From Anthoceros angustus (Eukaryota; Plantae; Anthocerotophyta), in contig MU008165.1 in the NCBI GenBank assembly GCA_010909165.1, positions 1,984,001 to 2,048,000 of the forward strand: 64,000 nucleotides of DNA, given 5' to 3'. The notes below the pieces were generated by a model, which ran no database searches, was not told the origin of the DNA, and saw nothing but the letters and a program-made list of their open reading frames with translations. A program made the position numbers and the translations under genes. The stretch's first letter is position 1, and every line of letters starts with the position of its first letter. Below, piece after piece: positions 63,001-64,000 of this stretch.

Positions 63001-63340
63001 GTTGGGGACTCCGGACCCAATCAGGACCCTTAGGTCCTGTCCGTCCTGAGTAGGCCCTTTGACCTCCTTGGCCCTTTTCGCCACCAGCTCCTTCTCCGCA
63101 CGTCTCCACTTAGGGTCGGGCGGACGTGAGGGAGTTCGGGAACTAGCCCGCTTTCCTCTCCTCGTAGGGGATAGGACCGGCTCTAGGTGGGGTTCTTGAT
63201 GACCCTTGCCGTGGGCGTCTCGCCCTTCTTCTTGCCTCTTCGCCTCCACCACTCGGTCGGCAGGTAAGCTGAGTCCTTGAGACGGCAGGTGGGGTTGTGT
63301 GCTTCCTCTTCCATCTCCCTTCTCGTCTCACGGCTCGGCG
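60027..63340 (-). mobile_element. Unclassified GC-rich element: three tandem ~1.2-kb units encoding a degenerate coiled-coil protein
   Basis: Units start near 60060, 61223 and 62414 (third shorter). Repeated ORF pieces METWRRSRYKRAKEVKGP..., ETQEVEATRRQMVEL..., RELGDLWLQLQELEGERHEVEG. Intronless with many indels. Confidence 0.55.
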
Positions 63341-63341
63341 G

Positions 63342-64000
63342 TGTCATGCCGCAGTGATATTAATCTACTTGGCTTAGTGTTTGATTAGCATTAATTAATC
63401 TAATTACTTATCTTTAAGTAAGTAGTATTAATTAATCTAAGGTGCTTATGTTAATTAAGCATTGATTAGTGTTAATTAAACATGGTTAGCTAAGTGGATA
63501 AGCTCCAATATGCTTTGGCATATTCCTTGCATATTATAGTGTATTCTTAGGATACAATAGCTAAGTGGATAAGCTCAAGTAATATGCTTTGGCATATTCC
63601 TTGCATATTATAGTGTCAAAGCATATTACTTGCATATTATAGTGTATTCTTAGGATATTTCTGGCATATGCTGATGCCAATAGGATATCTTAGGAATATG
63701 CCGATGCTAGGGTCTAGTATATCTAGACCCTTCCATTGAGGACAAGCTCAGATCATAGCTTGTCCTCTAGATATGCAATGCAAGAGCGTTGTGAGGAGGC
63801 CAAAGGCGACCCGAGAGCTGTGAGGAATTTGCGTGTTGTTCTGGGAGAGTGTTTGTGCCACGACGTGCGAGCTACTTCCTCCTGTGACTATGATCTCGTG
63901 TGTGTACACTAGATAGGCCGTGCTAGGCTTAGTGTGATGCTAGGCGATGCTAGGCGATGCTAGGCGACGCTAGGCAATGCTAGACGATGCTAGGCGATGC
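63342..64000. mobile_element. Probable start of an LTR or other TE (runs off the window) with internal repeats
   Basis: Abrupt switch from the GC-rich unit to AT-rich sequence at TGTCATG. Internal ~70-bp duplications (63487-63650) and (GCTAGGCGAT)n at 63936-64000. Confidence 0.45.

Overview
Eukaryotic nuclear DNA from a non-seed land plant with flagellated sperm, most likely a hornwort (inference from cilium genes, ~80-100 nt introns, high gene density and a PLS-PPR with a 'GQSWWTD' WW-type PG box). The left gene block (0.6-24 kb) holds CEP131-like, DNAAF1/ODA7-like, yippee-like, plastid ribosomal L35, DUSP12/YVH1-like and PLS-E+ PPR genes. The middle (25-46.5 kb) is a transposon nest: PPR pseudogene fragments, a ~2-kb tandem duplication, and a fragmented Ty1/copia element interrupted by two nested TIR elements and a 2.8-kb (GGCAA)n array. 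Both TIR elements have AACA...TGTT termini and 4-bp target-site duplications, which is the most unusual signal here. The right block holds pectate lyase, KNS3/At5g58100-like and Ycf33-like genes, a miRNA-like hairpin, tandem repeats, an unclassified GC-rich repeated element and a probable LTR start. Several frameshifts and noisy repeat copies suggest residual long-read assembly errors. All family assignments are from motif recognition by eye, not database searches.
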